DNA of 64,000 nucleotides from Sporopachydermia quercuum. Lineage: Eukaryota. The position numbers were made by a program, and so were the translations under genes. Positions 23,624 through 34,378 of the stretch are shown piece after piece. The notes below the pieces were generated by a model. The model ran no database searches and had not been told where the DNA came from. It was given only the letters and a program-made list of their open reading frames with translations. Location: the NCBI GenBank assembly GCA_001599295.1, contig BCGN01000006.1, positions 62,001 through 126,000 of the forward strand, given 5' to 3'. Within the stretch, counting starts at the first letter, position 1; every line of letters starts with the position of its first letter.

Positions 23624-23818
23624 GTGTTTAATTATATACACAATACAATACAACATACTAGTATATTACTATTTTAAATATCATAAGTCATAACATTTAA
23701 GCTGACAATATATGTCCATAATACATAGAGACATAGAATCTGATGATAATGCATAGTATAAGCTTCCACACTAATAATTTCTATAATACACATACATAAA
23801 TTCCGTCGAATATTTCCC

Positions 23819-24682
23819 CTATAGCACCCCTCTGATAAGGAATATAGTATCACCATCTTTGACACCAGCAGTAGGAAGTTTCACATTAAAGGGTAAAATA
23901 TTTTCCGTTTGCATATGATATAAATGAAGTCTTTTAGTCTCATCGTTGCAAACATTGTTCTCATTCACAACCTTGAGAATGTCAGCAAGACTATCAAGGA
24001 CTCGACCTACAACCCAATTCTTTGAGAAGAACAAAGNTTGTTTCTTGGACCCAGTGTCTTTGTCTAATATAAACTTCTCAATATCAGAAACATACTGAAC
24101 GTAAACATACATTCTGTCTCCTTCTTTAACTTTGCTGTCACCTTTAGCTGTACGTCTACAAGCAGCCGCTTCAAGAATCTGTTGCTTCTTTTCTTCTTTC
24201 TCAATAGAAACTTTAGACGGTTTAGAAAAGCCCAAACTGAATTTAGTTTTTGAAGATAATTTTGCTTTCTGCCTCTGCTCTATAATCCACTTTTGCAGCT
24301 TTAGCAATGGCTTGGTGCCGATGTTCGCACTGACTATTTTCCCATTTCTTACTACTAGGTGTTTACCATCTGGTAGTAAATCAGTTGAAGAACCTAGTCT
24401 ATGACCTTCTTTGGGTTGCAAAGCAAACGGTTTTGATCGATCTGGGAACAATGAAGCAGCTGTTTCTGCTGAAGCTTGGAGTGATGGAGATGTTTTTGGT
24501 GGTGTAGACTTCTTGCTTTTGTAAGGGCAATCATGGGACAATTGAGTTCTATGGTTAGAACAAAAACTGTGAGAACATTCTTTACAATCAAAAGGAAGAA
24601 AATCAATCTGACCACAGAAATAGCAATGTTTTCCAACATCTAGCATTCCATTTGAGCTAGATGATGATGTTTGAGATGCCAT
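23819..24682 (-). CDS. CUZ1: AN1 zinc-finger / ubiquitin-like Cdc48 and proteasome cofactor
   Basis: MLDVGKHC..C.Q.DFLPF.C..C...FC..HR....H.C zinc finger. AKGD.K....DR.Y and W.VGRVLD..A..L.V.N.N UBL-like C-terminus. Confidence 0.9.
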   Translation of the reverse strand: MASQTSSSSSNGMLDVGKHCYFCGQIDFLPFDCKECSHSFCSNHRTQLSHDCPYKSKKSTPPKTSPSLQASAETAASLFPDRSKPFALQPKEGHRLGSSTDLLPDGKHLVVRNGKIVSANIGTKPLLKLQKWIIEQRQKAKLSSKTKFSLGFSKPSKVSIEKEEKKQQILEAAACRRTAKGDSKVKEGDRMYVYVQYVSDIEKFILDKDTGSKKQXLFFSKNWVVGRVLDSLADILKVVNENNVCNDETKRLHLYHMQTENILPFNVKLPTAGVKDGDTIFLIRGVL

Positions 24683-24998
24683 AGCTTATGAAATATGAAT
24701 GATTACGCACGATGAATGTATAAGCAGTTGAATTAAAAACTGATTGTGATAGTGATATCGATAATTTCGACGATTATTGATTTTTCAGGTTTTTATAATA
24801 GCTNAGTAATAAATATGTTTACTCCCTAGTACCTTTTTGCAATTTTCTTTATTTTCCTGCTTCAACTGGTCTTCTTTTTATAATTCTAAATCTATCATCT
24901 AACAAATACACTGATAAGAAGTTAGATTCAGAAAGTGACAAGAGAGACTGTTAGATCTTTATATATGCTTCACCTGCATACTCACTAGCAACACCGGA

Positions 24999-25007
24999 TT
25001 TGCCTCC
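24999..25007 (-). promoter_or_regulatory. Rpn4/PACE-like element GGAGGCAAA upstream of CUZ1
   Basis: One mismatch from PACE GGTGGCAAA, about 320 bp upstream of the CUZ1 ATG. CUZ1 is a proteasome-regulon gene. Confidence 0.4.
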
Positions 25008-25186
25008 GCCAATAGAAGTATAACGCCTCTCTTTCCTGAATCATCCTCAATCATAGAACTCCATAACAACTTTCCTTATCAAATGCTCAACTATTATGAT
25101 CGATGGCAAAACGACCGGCTTTTATTNCTAAATGACCATCAACCAAGTTTGAGCAAAAAAGCATCATGTGACCGGAACACTTGTAA

Positions 25187-25194
25187 GTCACGTG
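25187..25194. promoter_or_regulatory. Cbf1-type E-box GTCACGTG
   Basis: Exact RTCACGTG in the CUZ1/RPP1 divergent promoter. Confidence 0.35.
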
Positions 25195-25382
25195 TAATAC
25201 TCAGTTCTTCCCCTAAATATTGTTTACGTGAACATAAGATATCGAACAATAGTACGAAAAGTCTTATAAGCAAGCAGATTATCAATTAAAAAGAATTCTT
25301 CTGTACTTTCATTAATCTGACAGAATCTTGGTCAGCTTTAAAGTTGTCTAGAACATGTTGAGCAAGCTTACCTTAAGAAAAA

Positions 25383-26537
25383 ATGAAAGCTGATCTGAAC
25401 GTGAAATGGCCTCAATCAAGCTTGACAGATAGGCCAAGTAGAGAGAAGTTAGGTGAACTGAAAGCTCAGTTGGCCCTATTAGATGAATGTAAGTTCTATG
25501 TGATGTACGCCTAANAGTAGGATAAACTAAGTATCTGTTTCTGATTGCTCTTTAGAGGATTTTCAACTGACAAAACTGTTATAGATGGATATACACATGT
25601 TGCGCTGAATTTTGTGATACCTGGGAATACTAAGCTAAAAGGAGAAAATGTAAGTAGCATTCTTGTTTGAATGAGGTAAATGCATGGCAGAGGTCATCTC
25701 CTGGTGATACCATTAGATCAGTCATAGTTATGTACATTTAGTGCTAACTATTCAAACTAGATATGTCCCATTGATTTAAATAGTCTTAATGAATTCAAAG
25801 GACGCTTGCATATCTATTCGCGGGTTACATTAATAGCATCTGATCCCTCTCAGTACCAACTTTTATCAAAGCTTCAAAACTATTTTGACATTCTGGCCGT
25901 TTCTCCAAAAACTGAGAAGACATTACAACAAGCGTGCTCGAATCTAGATATTGATCTTGTATCTTTTGATTTAACGGAAAAGCTGCCTTGCTTCCTGAGA
26001 CATAAGACACTATGTTCAGCTGTAGAGAAAGGTGTGAAGTTTGAGGTCAGTTATGGAGATGTGATTACACATTCTCATTCTGACATCAACAACACTTCTG
26101 GTGATTCTTTCAAACGCTCAATGTTTATTTCCAATGTTCAATCATTAATTAGAGCGTCAAGGAAAAATGGTATAATTTTATCAAGTGGAGCTAATGATAT
26201 CTCAACAATACGATCACCTACGGATGTCGTGAATTTTGCTGAAATTCTTGGGTTGGACCATATGAGGGCTCAGAAAGGTATGCAGGATTTGGCATTAAAA
26301 GTTTTGATGAGTGGGAGATTACGAAGAAAGAGTTTCCGTCAGACCGTAACAGCTCTTGATGAAGAACTAATTGGCATAGAGTCAGGAAATGGTGTGAAAA
26401 TTGCTGATAGCAATTTAAATAGTAATAATGTTGATGGCTCTGGTAAAATAGTGTCAGTTCCAGCGAAAAGAACACAGAGTATTATAGGAGATGATAAAGA
26501 AGAAAGGAAAAAGTGGAATAAACGAGCGAAGAAGTAG
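25383..26537 (+). CDS. RPP1: RNase P/MRP subunit p30, three exons, 315 aa
   Basis: Exon 1 25383-25488 (MKADLNVKWP...). Intron 25489-25584 (GTAAGT..AACTGAC..TAG). Exon 2 25585-25649 (YGYTHVALNF...). Intron 25650-25760 (GTAAGT..TGCTAAC..TAG). Exon 3 from 25761 (ICPID...IYSRVTL...DIDLVSFD...GVKFEVSY...IILSSGA...RSPTDV). Confidence 0.93.
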
Positions 26538-27172
26538 AAATGTGATGCTTAAAATTTTTTCTGTTGTTCTAATGGTTCACATAATTTATTACTTGATCGT
26601 ATGATGTTATGAATAGTTAAAGTACANTGACTCTTGGAGGACCTATAGTGATGAAATAGAATCCCCTTTCACTNAAATGTAAATTAATGATTTGATTGAC
26701 AGAAGGAACAAGTATTAGCATAAGGAGAAAATGATGATGAGCAAATAGAAAACTCTCAGTGGATAATTTTCAGACAAAAGGATAATACTTCATGATTCTC
26801 ATTCAGAACATAGAAGATAGAACAGCCATTTCGAAATCTGCTCTTCGATGACCGTGACCGTCCACAGCAAATTTTATAGAATTTTCCTTTCACAATGTGC
26901 TTTCACTTCGAATATGACCATATTCCCTTTCATTCATCGGCAAGACTCAACGTGACTAAAATTCAGATGATAACCCTATCATATTACTCAACAATTCGGA
27001 TAGAGAGGCATTTCCAAACAGTAAGATACTCTCAAGCCACCCTCTCAACTCAGTTGCGCTATGATATTTATGCTAACTACCAAACACCTATGGAAATAAG
27101 CGGCNGTAGATGCCAATGGATGAACTGAAATCCAACCATTAAAAGTCGTAACTAGCATACCTAGTCCCTAAG

Positions 27173-28501
27173 TTATAATTGCCTAGCAGTTTTTCTGTTC
27201 TTCTTCAATGCATCAAACAATCTAACTTTTTTAACTTCGCTTGTCGCTTCAGAACTACTTTCTAGCTCTTTTTGCACTTTGGCTTTCAGAATTTTGTTAT
27301 TGCCTCCTTGTTGATGAGCCCCCCCAGATGCTGAGGCGGAACTATTGGACTCTTTATCTAGAATTCCCATATAATAGCTAGACATTTTCCTCTTAACACT
27401 GCGATTTGCGGCATCTTCAGTACGTTTCTTCAACACTTCTTCTCGCCTTCGCCTTGCTTCCTGAGAATCAAGTGGCTGAAACTTCCGTTTGCCTTCTGGA
27501 TCACGTTCTTGCTCCAGCACTAATGACTGATCATATATGGTCCTTAATCTCTCTTTCTGAAACGATTTTGAGGATGTGATATTTGCTGTAGTTTTGGTTG
27601 GCGATATTGGCTTTCTTGCTACTAGGAAAATTGAGCTTTTCACTCTGTTTTCACTTCCAAGAGAAAATAAGCTAGAACTGGCATTTCCTTTCAGATCATC
27701 AGAATTATTACTATTGTGATGCAAAGGTGAAGGAGAACGAGTTGATGATTTGAATGACTCAATAGCCTGAGATACTTTGGAAAGGCTTTTGTTGCCGCCA
27801 AGAAACCCATTGGTTTTGATAGGTGACGAGATAGCAGCTGTGGGTAGAAAGATTTTATTAGAATCCTGAACATTAGTGGGTGAGAATGTAGGGGATACTG
27901 AAAAAGCAGCATGTTTCTTTCGCGGTTTGATTGATGGATCCCTTTTATATTCCGGCAATGCAATAATAGATTTCTGAATTTTTTCTTTCTCCAATTTAGC
28001 AATAGATTTTTGTAGTCTAACTTGAGCGTCTTTCAATAGATTTTGCTCATCTTTGTATAGTTTACCGTAAAGCTTTCTAAATTTTGCAGTCTCTGAACTA
28101 TTATATATAATGATCGGCTCTTTTATCACAGGATTCGACGCTAAAATGTATGGTCTGCTGCCAAAATAAGACGAATTATTGTAAGGTTCAACAGGAAGGG
28201 TTCTATGAGGGAAATCTTTCACTATCAGCTGCTTCCATAAATCACCAGATTGTGCTTTGATAAAGGGACATTTTTTCTCAATCTCATGCAGCTGTNTTGA
28301 ATTCATTTTCCGTAAAATTGGATATATAAGTTCATATCGACAGTCACCAACATCAGTTATCAAATAAGAAAACTTGACGCATTGCTGAGTAGCTAGGAAT
28401 AGCAGTGAAGGGGCTTTGTGTTGCCTGGTAGTGGGACTCCAATCATCAGACGAACCTGTCCTTGTATTGATTACTGTATCTTTTGAAATAAGCAGCGTCA
28501 T
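27173..28501 (-). CDS. ELA1: Elongin A-like (BC-box) Cul3 ligase adaptor
   Basis: APSLLFLA...C......ITDVGDC.YELI.PIL.K....QL.EIE..CP......LWK.LI.KDF Elongin A domain, followed by a low-complexity basic/Ser tail. Confidence 0.8.
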   Translation of the reverse strand: MTLLISKDTVINTRTGSSDDWSPTTRQHKAPSLLFLATQQCVKFSYLITDVGDCRYELIYPILRKMNSXQLHEIEKKCPFIKAQSGDLWKQLIVKDFPHRTLPVEPYNNSSYFGSRPYILASNPVIKEPIIIYNSSETAKFRKLYGKLYKDEQNLLKDAQVRLQKSIAKLEKEKIQKSIIALPEYKRDPSIKPRKKHAAFSVSPTFSPTNVQDSNKIFLPTAAISSPIKTNGFLGGNKSLSKVSQAIESFKSSTRSPSPLHHNSNNSDDLKGNASSSLFSLGSENRVKSSIFLVARKPISPTKTTANITSSKSFQKERLRTIYDQSLVLEQERDPEGKRKFQPLDSQEARRRREEVLKKRTEDAANRSVKRKMSSYYMGILDKESNSSASASGGAHQQGGNNKILKAKVQKELESSSEATSEVKKVRLFDALKKNRKTARQL

Positions 28502-30073
28502 ATCTTCATAATGTCAAATGTGTCAAAGATAGGTCAGAATTCAAAAATATCTNAGTTATAAGGGCAAACAAGCCACCATAGTAACCATGCAATTAATATG
28601 GCTGCTGGCCGATATCATGTAGCACGCATTAGCTTTATCACAAATGTGAGTTTGATAATGATTTGATATAAAGCCAGTACCTACAGCACTTGGCACCAAA
28701 CAGTAAGTTCTCTTACAATGAATATTTCTACTGCTCTTAAAATTATTTCCCGATTCAACTATCAATGTCTGTAGCCCACTATTGTTTCAGTAATCTGTAG
28801 ATCTTAGTAGAATAGCCTTAGTGAAGTAAATGGGTAATAAATTCTTCTATTGGAAATAACAACATATGATACTTTCTAAGGATTGAAATAGTTCAATATT
28901 AACAAACATTGAAAACTAAATAGCAAAAGAGTCAAATGTCAAAAGCAATTAACTTCTCAATATTCAAGTTGCCTCAGTTTATTAATTTTTTGTATAGTTC
29001 GCTACACCGTTTATGTGAGATGAGATATCTTCTCGAGAGTAATCACAATTCTATAGATTAGACTACGATATAATACAGAATACACTGATGTTTTTGATCA
29101 AAGTGCAAACTGATTCTCCAACCTTTAGCTAGAAAGTATTTGATGTCAGTTAAATTCCCGGAATAATACTTATATTGAGAAAAATACTGCTACAATCCAT
29201 TAGATGCGAAAACTAATGCTCCATCAATCCAATATTTTAAGAGAAGTGAAAGACAATCACAGAAGTTTGAAGAGGAAGCAACGGAACAAATGGAGTGTAA
29301 AGGGTCTAATGATTACGTGATAAAGAATTGAGATATGATGAAAAGTTATAGGTCTTGAAGATAGAACCAAGAAGATGGTCGAATAANTAAATGAGAGTAA
29401 AGCTTTAGGAATAGTTTAAGATCAGAATTGCTGAAACCAGATGGTTTATTTAGTTACTAGAATCAATAAAGCGAATTGCTATTATTTATGATCAACAAAG
29501 TGGGCATGATGTGATTGGTCTGACGTACTCTGTATCATTATAGAACCCTTTGTCATATATCACTCTTTTGTCCTCTTCTTCGTTTTTAATTTTATTCATT
29601 ACACACAAAACTTAAATGAATCCTATATAATCTAGCTTATCTTTCTCTATCATCAATGTGCTGCTGTTGCTTCCTTCCTTCAAAAATTTCAATTAACAAT
29701 CACATGATGATCGGATTAGGAAAACTTTAGCCGAGAAACCATCGAACCGACTTCAATGGAGTCAAGTGCTTATCATTCATCAAATTATGGTGAGAACATC
29801 TGTGCTGCTAATTCTTGCTAACTATAACGATTAAGAGCTTGATTCTATCATAATTAGAGCGTAAGGTTTTAGCAGTACAGAAATAAAAAGCCTCAATTTC
29901 CACTTCTCTACATGTCCTTTTTTTCGAGTTCGAAAATCAAAACTTTAGGAGTAATCATTAATATTACATAATCTGAAAACAACGACACTCAATAATAAGT
30001 TAATTTCCTGGCTTGGTAATTATCGATATAACTAAATTCTCCTACAGAAGCTTAACCTTAAATAAAAGACGTG

Positions 30074-30096
30074 TTCGAAACGCGTTCGAAACGCGT
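30074..30096. promoter_or_regulatory. Tandem 11-bp repeat TTCGAAACGCG carrying two MCB (ACGCGT) boxes
   Basis: ACGCGT at 30080-30085 and 30091-30096, about 750 bp upstream of the Ras-like ATG. Confidence 0.5.
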
Positions 30097-30836
30097 CATA
30101 TATTAACAATTCAATTATCTATTATTCTACAAACTTCAAAAGATCTNTTAGGACTAATTATGGAGAAAATGAACATAGAAATACATTCATGTTGTTCACT
30201 GGGGAATTTGTTTCTTATGTTCTCTCAATCATCCCAGTAGTCGTTAGCTATTTCCGAGTTTTCCCTGCGATTTCATATGTTCATACCAACTTTTCAGCTG
30301 GTAATTGGGAGGAAAAAAATAAATCTATAGAAACTAACTCTTCCTTGGACAATGCTTGGTTTACATTTTTCTATCTTCTCTACATTTAATGCAAAGTTTC
30401 CAGAAATTCTGTTTNTTTTTTTTTTTTAAATCAAATAAGTAGGTAACCCCTTCTAATATAACTGGGCTCTTCACAATAAAGTTTAACTTCAACGCGCAAT
30501 AAAATTCAGATGTCTAAACTCTAACTCTATTGAAGGACGTCTCGTTTCTCATAGTGAAAATTTTATATGTAGGCATTTCGCCAAATCAATTACTGATGAG
30601 ACAGACAAGACGTGATTCACACTTCTTTATCGTCAGTATTATAATTCTCTTCTCTTCGTTGCTGATACTGATTTTCTAATTGCACAAGTTTTCTTCTATC
30701 CATCTGNACTTTTCAAATTCCTTCTTGTCAATTCATTAAAACTAGACCATATACCGCTTTTATTTCTCCATCTATTCGTACTGTATAGTGAGTGAATAGA
30801 GAACTGATTAATCCATATTATAAATAGCAAGCAATA

Positions 30837-31817
30837 ATGTCTGATCCTGGTAAGTTTCCGCTAAGGCCAATAAATTTTACAGTAGAAAGCCCCAAGATTG
30901 ATTATAAAGAGGATTTCGGTTTTATTGGGATATTTTGATTTTTTTCCATAGTTCTTTCTTGTACTCTCAACTAACGGTCATATTATAGATTACCGAATAA
31001 CAGTACTTGGATCTGGTGGTGTAGGTAAATCATGTCTTACTGGTAAGTATCAATCAAACAGGCAAAGCAGCAANATTCATTCGAGTATAACTTATTTTAT
31101 GATGGCATTCAGAAACGTATATTAATTTTGTCTTTCCTCGGTTTTCCAGTGAAACTGATCACAGGAGATTTCCCTGATGATTATGACCCTACAATCGAAG
31201 ATGCATATAGAACAGATATAGAAGTTGATGGTAAAGCTTGTAGGGTAGAAATTTTAGACACAGCAGGACAAGAACAATTTCGAGCGATGGAAGATGTTTA
31301 TATTAATAATGGCAATGCGTTTGTTTTAGTTTATTCAGTGGGAGATGCAAAATCTTTCAGGACAGCTGAACAACTCCATGATAAAATCGTCCGAGTCAAA
31401 GGACCTCATAATAAAGTAGCAATGGTATTGGCTGGAAATAAATGTGATTTACCAATTGAATCAAGACAAGTGAGTGTTGAGGAAGGTGAAGAATTAGCAA
31501 GAAAATGGGGAGGAATACCTTTTTACGAAACATCTGCCAAAGAAAATCATAATGTTATTAATATTTATATCGACGTTCTAAGACAATGTCTACGAAGAGA
31601 GTATAACCTACTGCAAGAATCAGAAGGAATAAATGAACAATCAAATATTGGCGGTAGTAGCGGTATTCCGAAATCTGGAAGCAGGTCTAATATTCCTCCA
31701 ATTAGTAGCGGGAATAAAACAAGTCCAAATGAAAAAGTTGAGATTAAAACTCGGGTGACAATTGATAAGAATAAGGATAAAGCAACTGAAGGTGGTGGAT
31801 GCTGTGTTATTATGTAA
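30837..31817 (+). CDS. Ras/Rap-family small GTPase (Rsr1-like core, Ras-like Q61 and CCaaX tail), three exons, 244 aa
   Basis: Exon 1 30837-30849 (MSDP). Intron 30850-30988. Exon 2 30989-31042 (DYRITVLGSGGVGKSCLT, P-loop). Intron 31043-31149. Exon 3 from 31150 (VKLITG..YDPTIED..DTAGQEQF..NKCD..ETSAK..GGGCCVIM). Confidence 0.9.
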
Positions 31818-32359
31818 AGGACTTGAGGTAACTTTTAAAGTGATAGCATGAATAAATAATATCTTTCTTTCCATGATATTGAATTGTTAATGAGGAATGA
31901 GGTTGTTGATGTGTCATCCGGCATTTAGCATCAATTTTGTCCAGCATTGTATTAATCAACCTGTTGGGTATATTCCTTTTAATTAGTTCGTGTGTTGCCT
32001 TAGAGAAAATTTATTTGTATAATATCTATAATCTATATTCTCATATAATGCATCTCTAAGAAAGTTATTATGCTGCTAAAATGCTTATACTACTATGGTT
32101 AATACTTCTATTACTTTATCTCTGGTGGCTCTTTGCATTCTCACATGGTTGCTGACTTTTTCGAGATTAATAACACAGTCCGTTAATACCATTTATACTT
32201 ATTTAGTTACTTGATTTCACTCATATCAAGCCATTAGCTATTCATTTGTTTCCATTCAATGTAACAATAATAATGATATTACTTCATCTCAAACCGGTCA
32301 GCGGCTTCAATTAACGTACAATGAAGCTTCACCACTACTATCTATTATACTATGTCTAG

Positions 32360-32998
32360 CTAGTAAAACTCACCTTTTTTACCTATCAGATTCTCGATTT
32401 TATCCAGTTTCTCCTTCTCGTCTTGAGAATCCAAATTCTTTAAATTCAGAACAACATGGAAATGTTCTAACACTGGCACAGACTGGAGCGAGGGCCAGTT
32501 TTTAAACCAAACGGCTCTGTCTTTACCTAGGTTCAGATATTCAGTGAAATTCTTCTCAACATATTTTTCGATGAATAGCTCAGATTCTGGTTTTAGGAGG
32601 TTGCTTTTCGTAATTGTTTGATTATCGGCTTCAACATCGTAATGGGGTAGATGGAAGCTACACCATACAACCATATGAAGTATACCTTGTTCAAATCCAT
32701 AAGGAAAAGAGTTCTCCGCAATTACAAATCTTCCATCACGAAAAATTTGTTTGGCTTTCTCGATGTCTGTCAGAGTGTCCCAGTTGTTCTTCGGCGTATA
32801 AGTTTGCAAAACAGACTTGTCCCAGTGGAGTTTCTTTTTCATGATGAAATCCATTATAGAACTATACCTTTTATCGTCTTTGAAATGTACTTTCCAACGG
32901 AGGTAGACTGCCTCATCTTCTTTGGTGCGCCGTAATTCATCCAGTTGGTTGTTTTTTATAATATTTTGGATTTCTTTCCATGAAAGTCTTCTGTTCAT
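32360..32998 (-). CDS. DUF3605 HIT-like protein (Candida GIG1 / S. cerevisiae HTC1-like)
   Basis: LSWKEIQ.II..N.L..L.R, N.FPY.FE.GI.H.VVW, WFKNWPSLQSV...EHFHV. ATG at 32998. Confidence 0.85.
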   Translation of the reverse strand: MNRRLSWKEIQNIIKNNQLDELRRTKEDEAVYLRWKVHFKDDKRYSSIMDFIMKKKLHWDKSVLQTYTPKNNWDTLTDIEKAKQIFRDGRFVIAENSFPYGFEQGILHMVVWCSFHLPHYDVEADNQTITKSNLLKPESELFIEKYVEKNFTEYLNLGKDRAVWFKNWPSLQSVPVLEHFHVVLNLKNLDSQDEKEKLDKIENLIGKKGEFY

Positions 32999-34378
32999 AG
33001 TGAAGAAGGATGCCGTAGAGAAAAAAATTGAATTGGAAGTCAATGATGAATGTTGACGGATTATTCAGCTAGTAAGCTGAAATAATAACAAAAGTTTGTA
33101 AAACCCTAATTAGATATTTAGGCTCGTTAATATTCACTGAAAACTGAATAAAATACAAACAGCTTAGAATGACAGTTCTTTGGCTCTAATGTTAACAATA
33201 GACTTCTGATATGAATAACTTATCAATAATGTATAGACACCACCCAGGAAGAACGAATGTTAGGAGAACTTTTGTGATGTCGACGAAAGTTGTGCTTCGC
33301 CGACTAGTTATGAGTTCGTGATCTTGATTCCGTAATCAGATTTGGTTGATTAATAACAATATTTTAAATGTTGATGAAGTATTCATTCAATTAATTACAC
33401 TATGATACATCAATGAACAATGATTCAACTGTCAATTGATAGTAGAAGGATTTGGCTTGGAAAAGTAAATAAGGTTGGGGATGAATACACAGTATTTCCG
33501 GATTAGAAATTTAAGTGTGGCTAAGTCTCGAGGACTTGAAATCTAAAATGTTTTTTTTTCCAACCAAATGTTAAGATTTTTATAAAAAGGGTCAATAATC
33601 AAATACTATACAAGTACAATCATATTGAGTACGACAACTGGATCCAAACACTTTTGTGCAGATAAATAAAGGCAACGCAGGGAGCGATAAGCCTCTGATT
33701 TGGTTCGAATGTTTTGTCTTTCTACCAAATATTGATCAGGTAGATTAGTCTAATAAGCTCGAAGAATTCTCANTCAGCCTTCCTCTAAAGACATTGTTAC
33801 TATGTAAATCATTCATTTATTTATAAATATTAAAAGGTCTAAAGATACTATAATACATTTCCATGGTTCATCAACTATCATAGTAAGTTCTCATAGCCTC
33901 ATTTATCTCTCTACTAACCATATCAGACGCTTCGTGCGTCAGAAAAATACTTGAATTGAAGAAGATTAATAATGTAAGAATAAGCTAACAGAATATGCTT
34001 CAATTCCATTACTGTGGAAAAATATCACTCGTTGAACATTGCATTCACAAAGTATAAACTCTCCTATCATTCCAGCTGCTTCCTACTCTTTGCATTAACG
34101 TATCTATCGATAGGTATATCCGCATTAGAATCTTATTCCGTCTGCTGTTCATATGTAACGTATAGTTCTTCGAAATGCCCGCCATATAGTTTTCGCCTAC
34201 TACCATCACAAATTCCACGTACTCCTTTCATTTCTATTTCATTATATACATATTCGCTCATTAATCTATCATTAGTTATGAAGTAAAGTACGATGAAACA
34301 GTAATCCAAATACCTATAATTATATTTCACGCATAATAGTTTCTAATGAAGTGAACTGCGATACTTCTAGTCTTCATT

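Noticed and set aside
25187..25320. GTCACGTG as CDEI of a point centromere
   Set aside because: It is not followed by a >90% AT CDEII or a CCGAA-type CDEIII, and it lies in a short divergent promoter.
26640..26780. RTGATGA C-box-like motifs in intergenic DNA (also near 9600, 15525 and 29704)
   Set aside because: I could not identify a properly placed D box with an rRNA-complementary guide or terminal stem, and TGATGA is frequent in this genome. A covariance-model search would be needed.
33670..33715. GGTTCGAAT T-loop/B-box-like motif (also GGTTCGA near 11294 and 49661)
   Set aside because: No cloverleaf stems or A-box at tRNA spacing.
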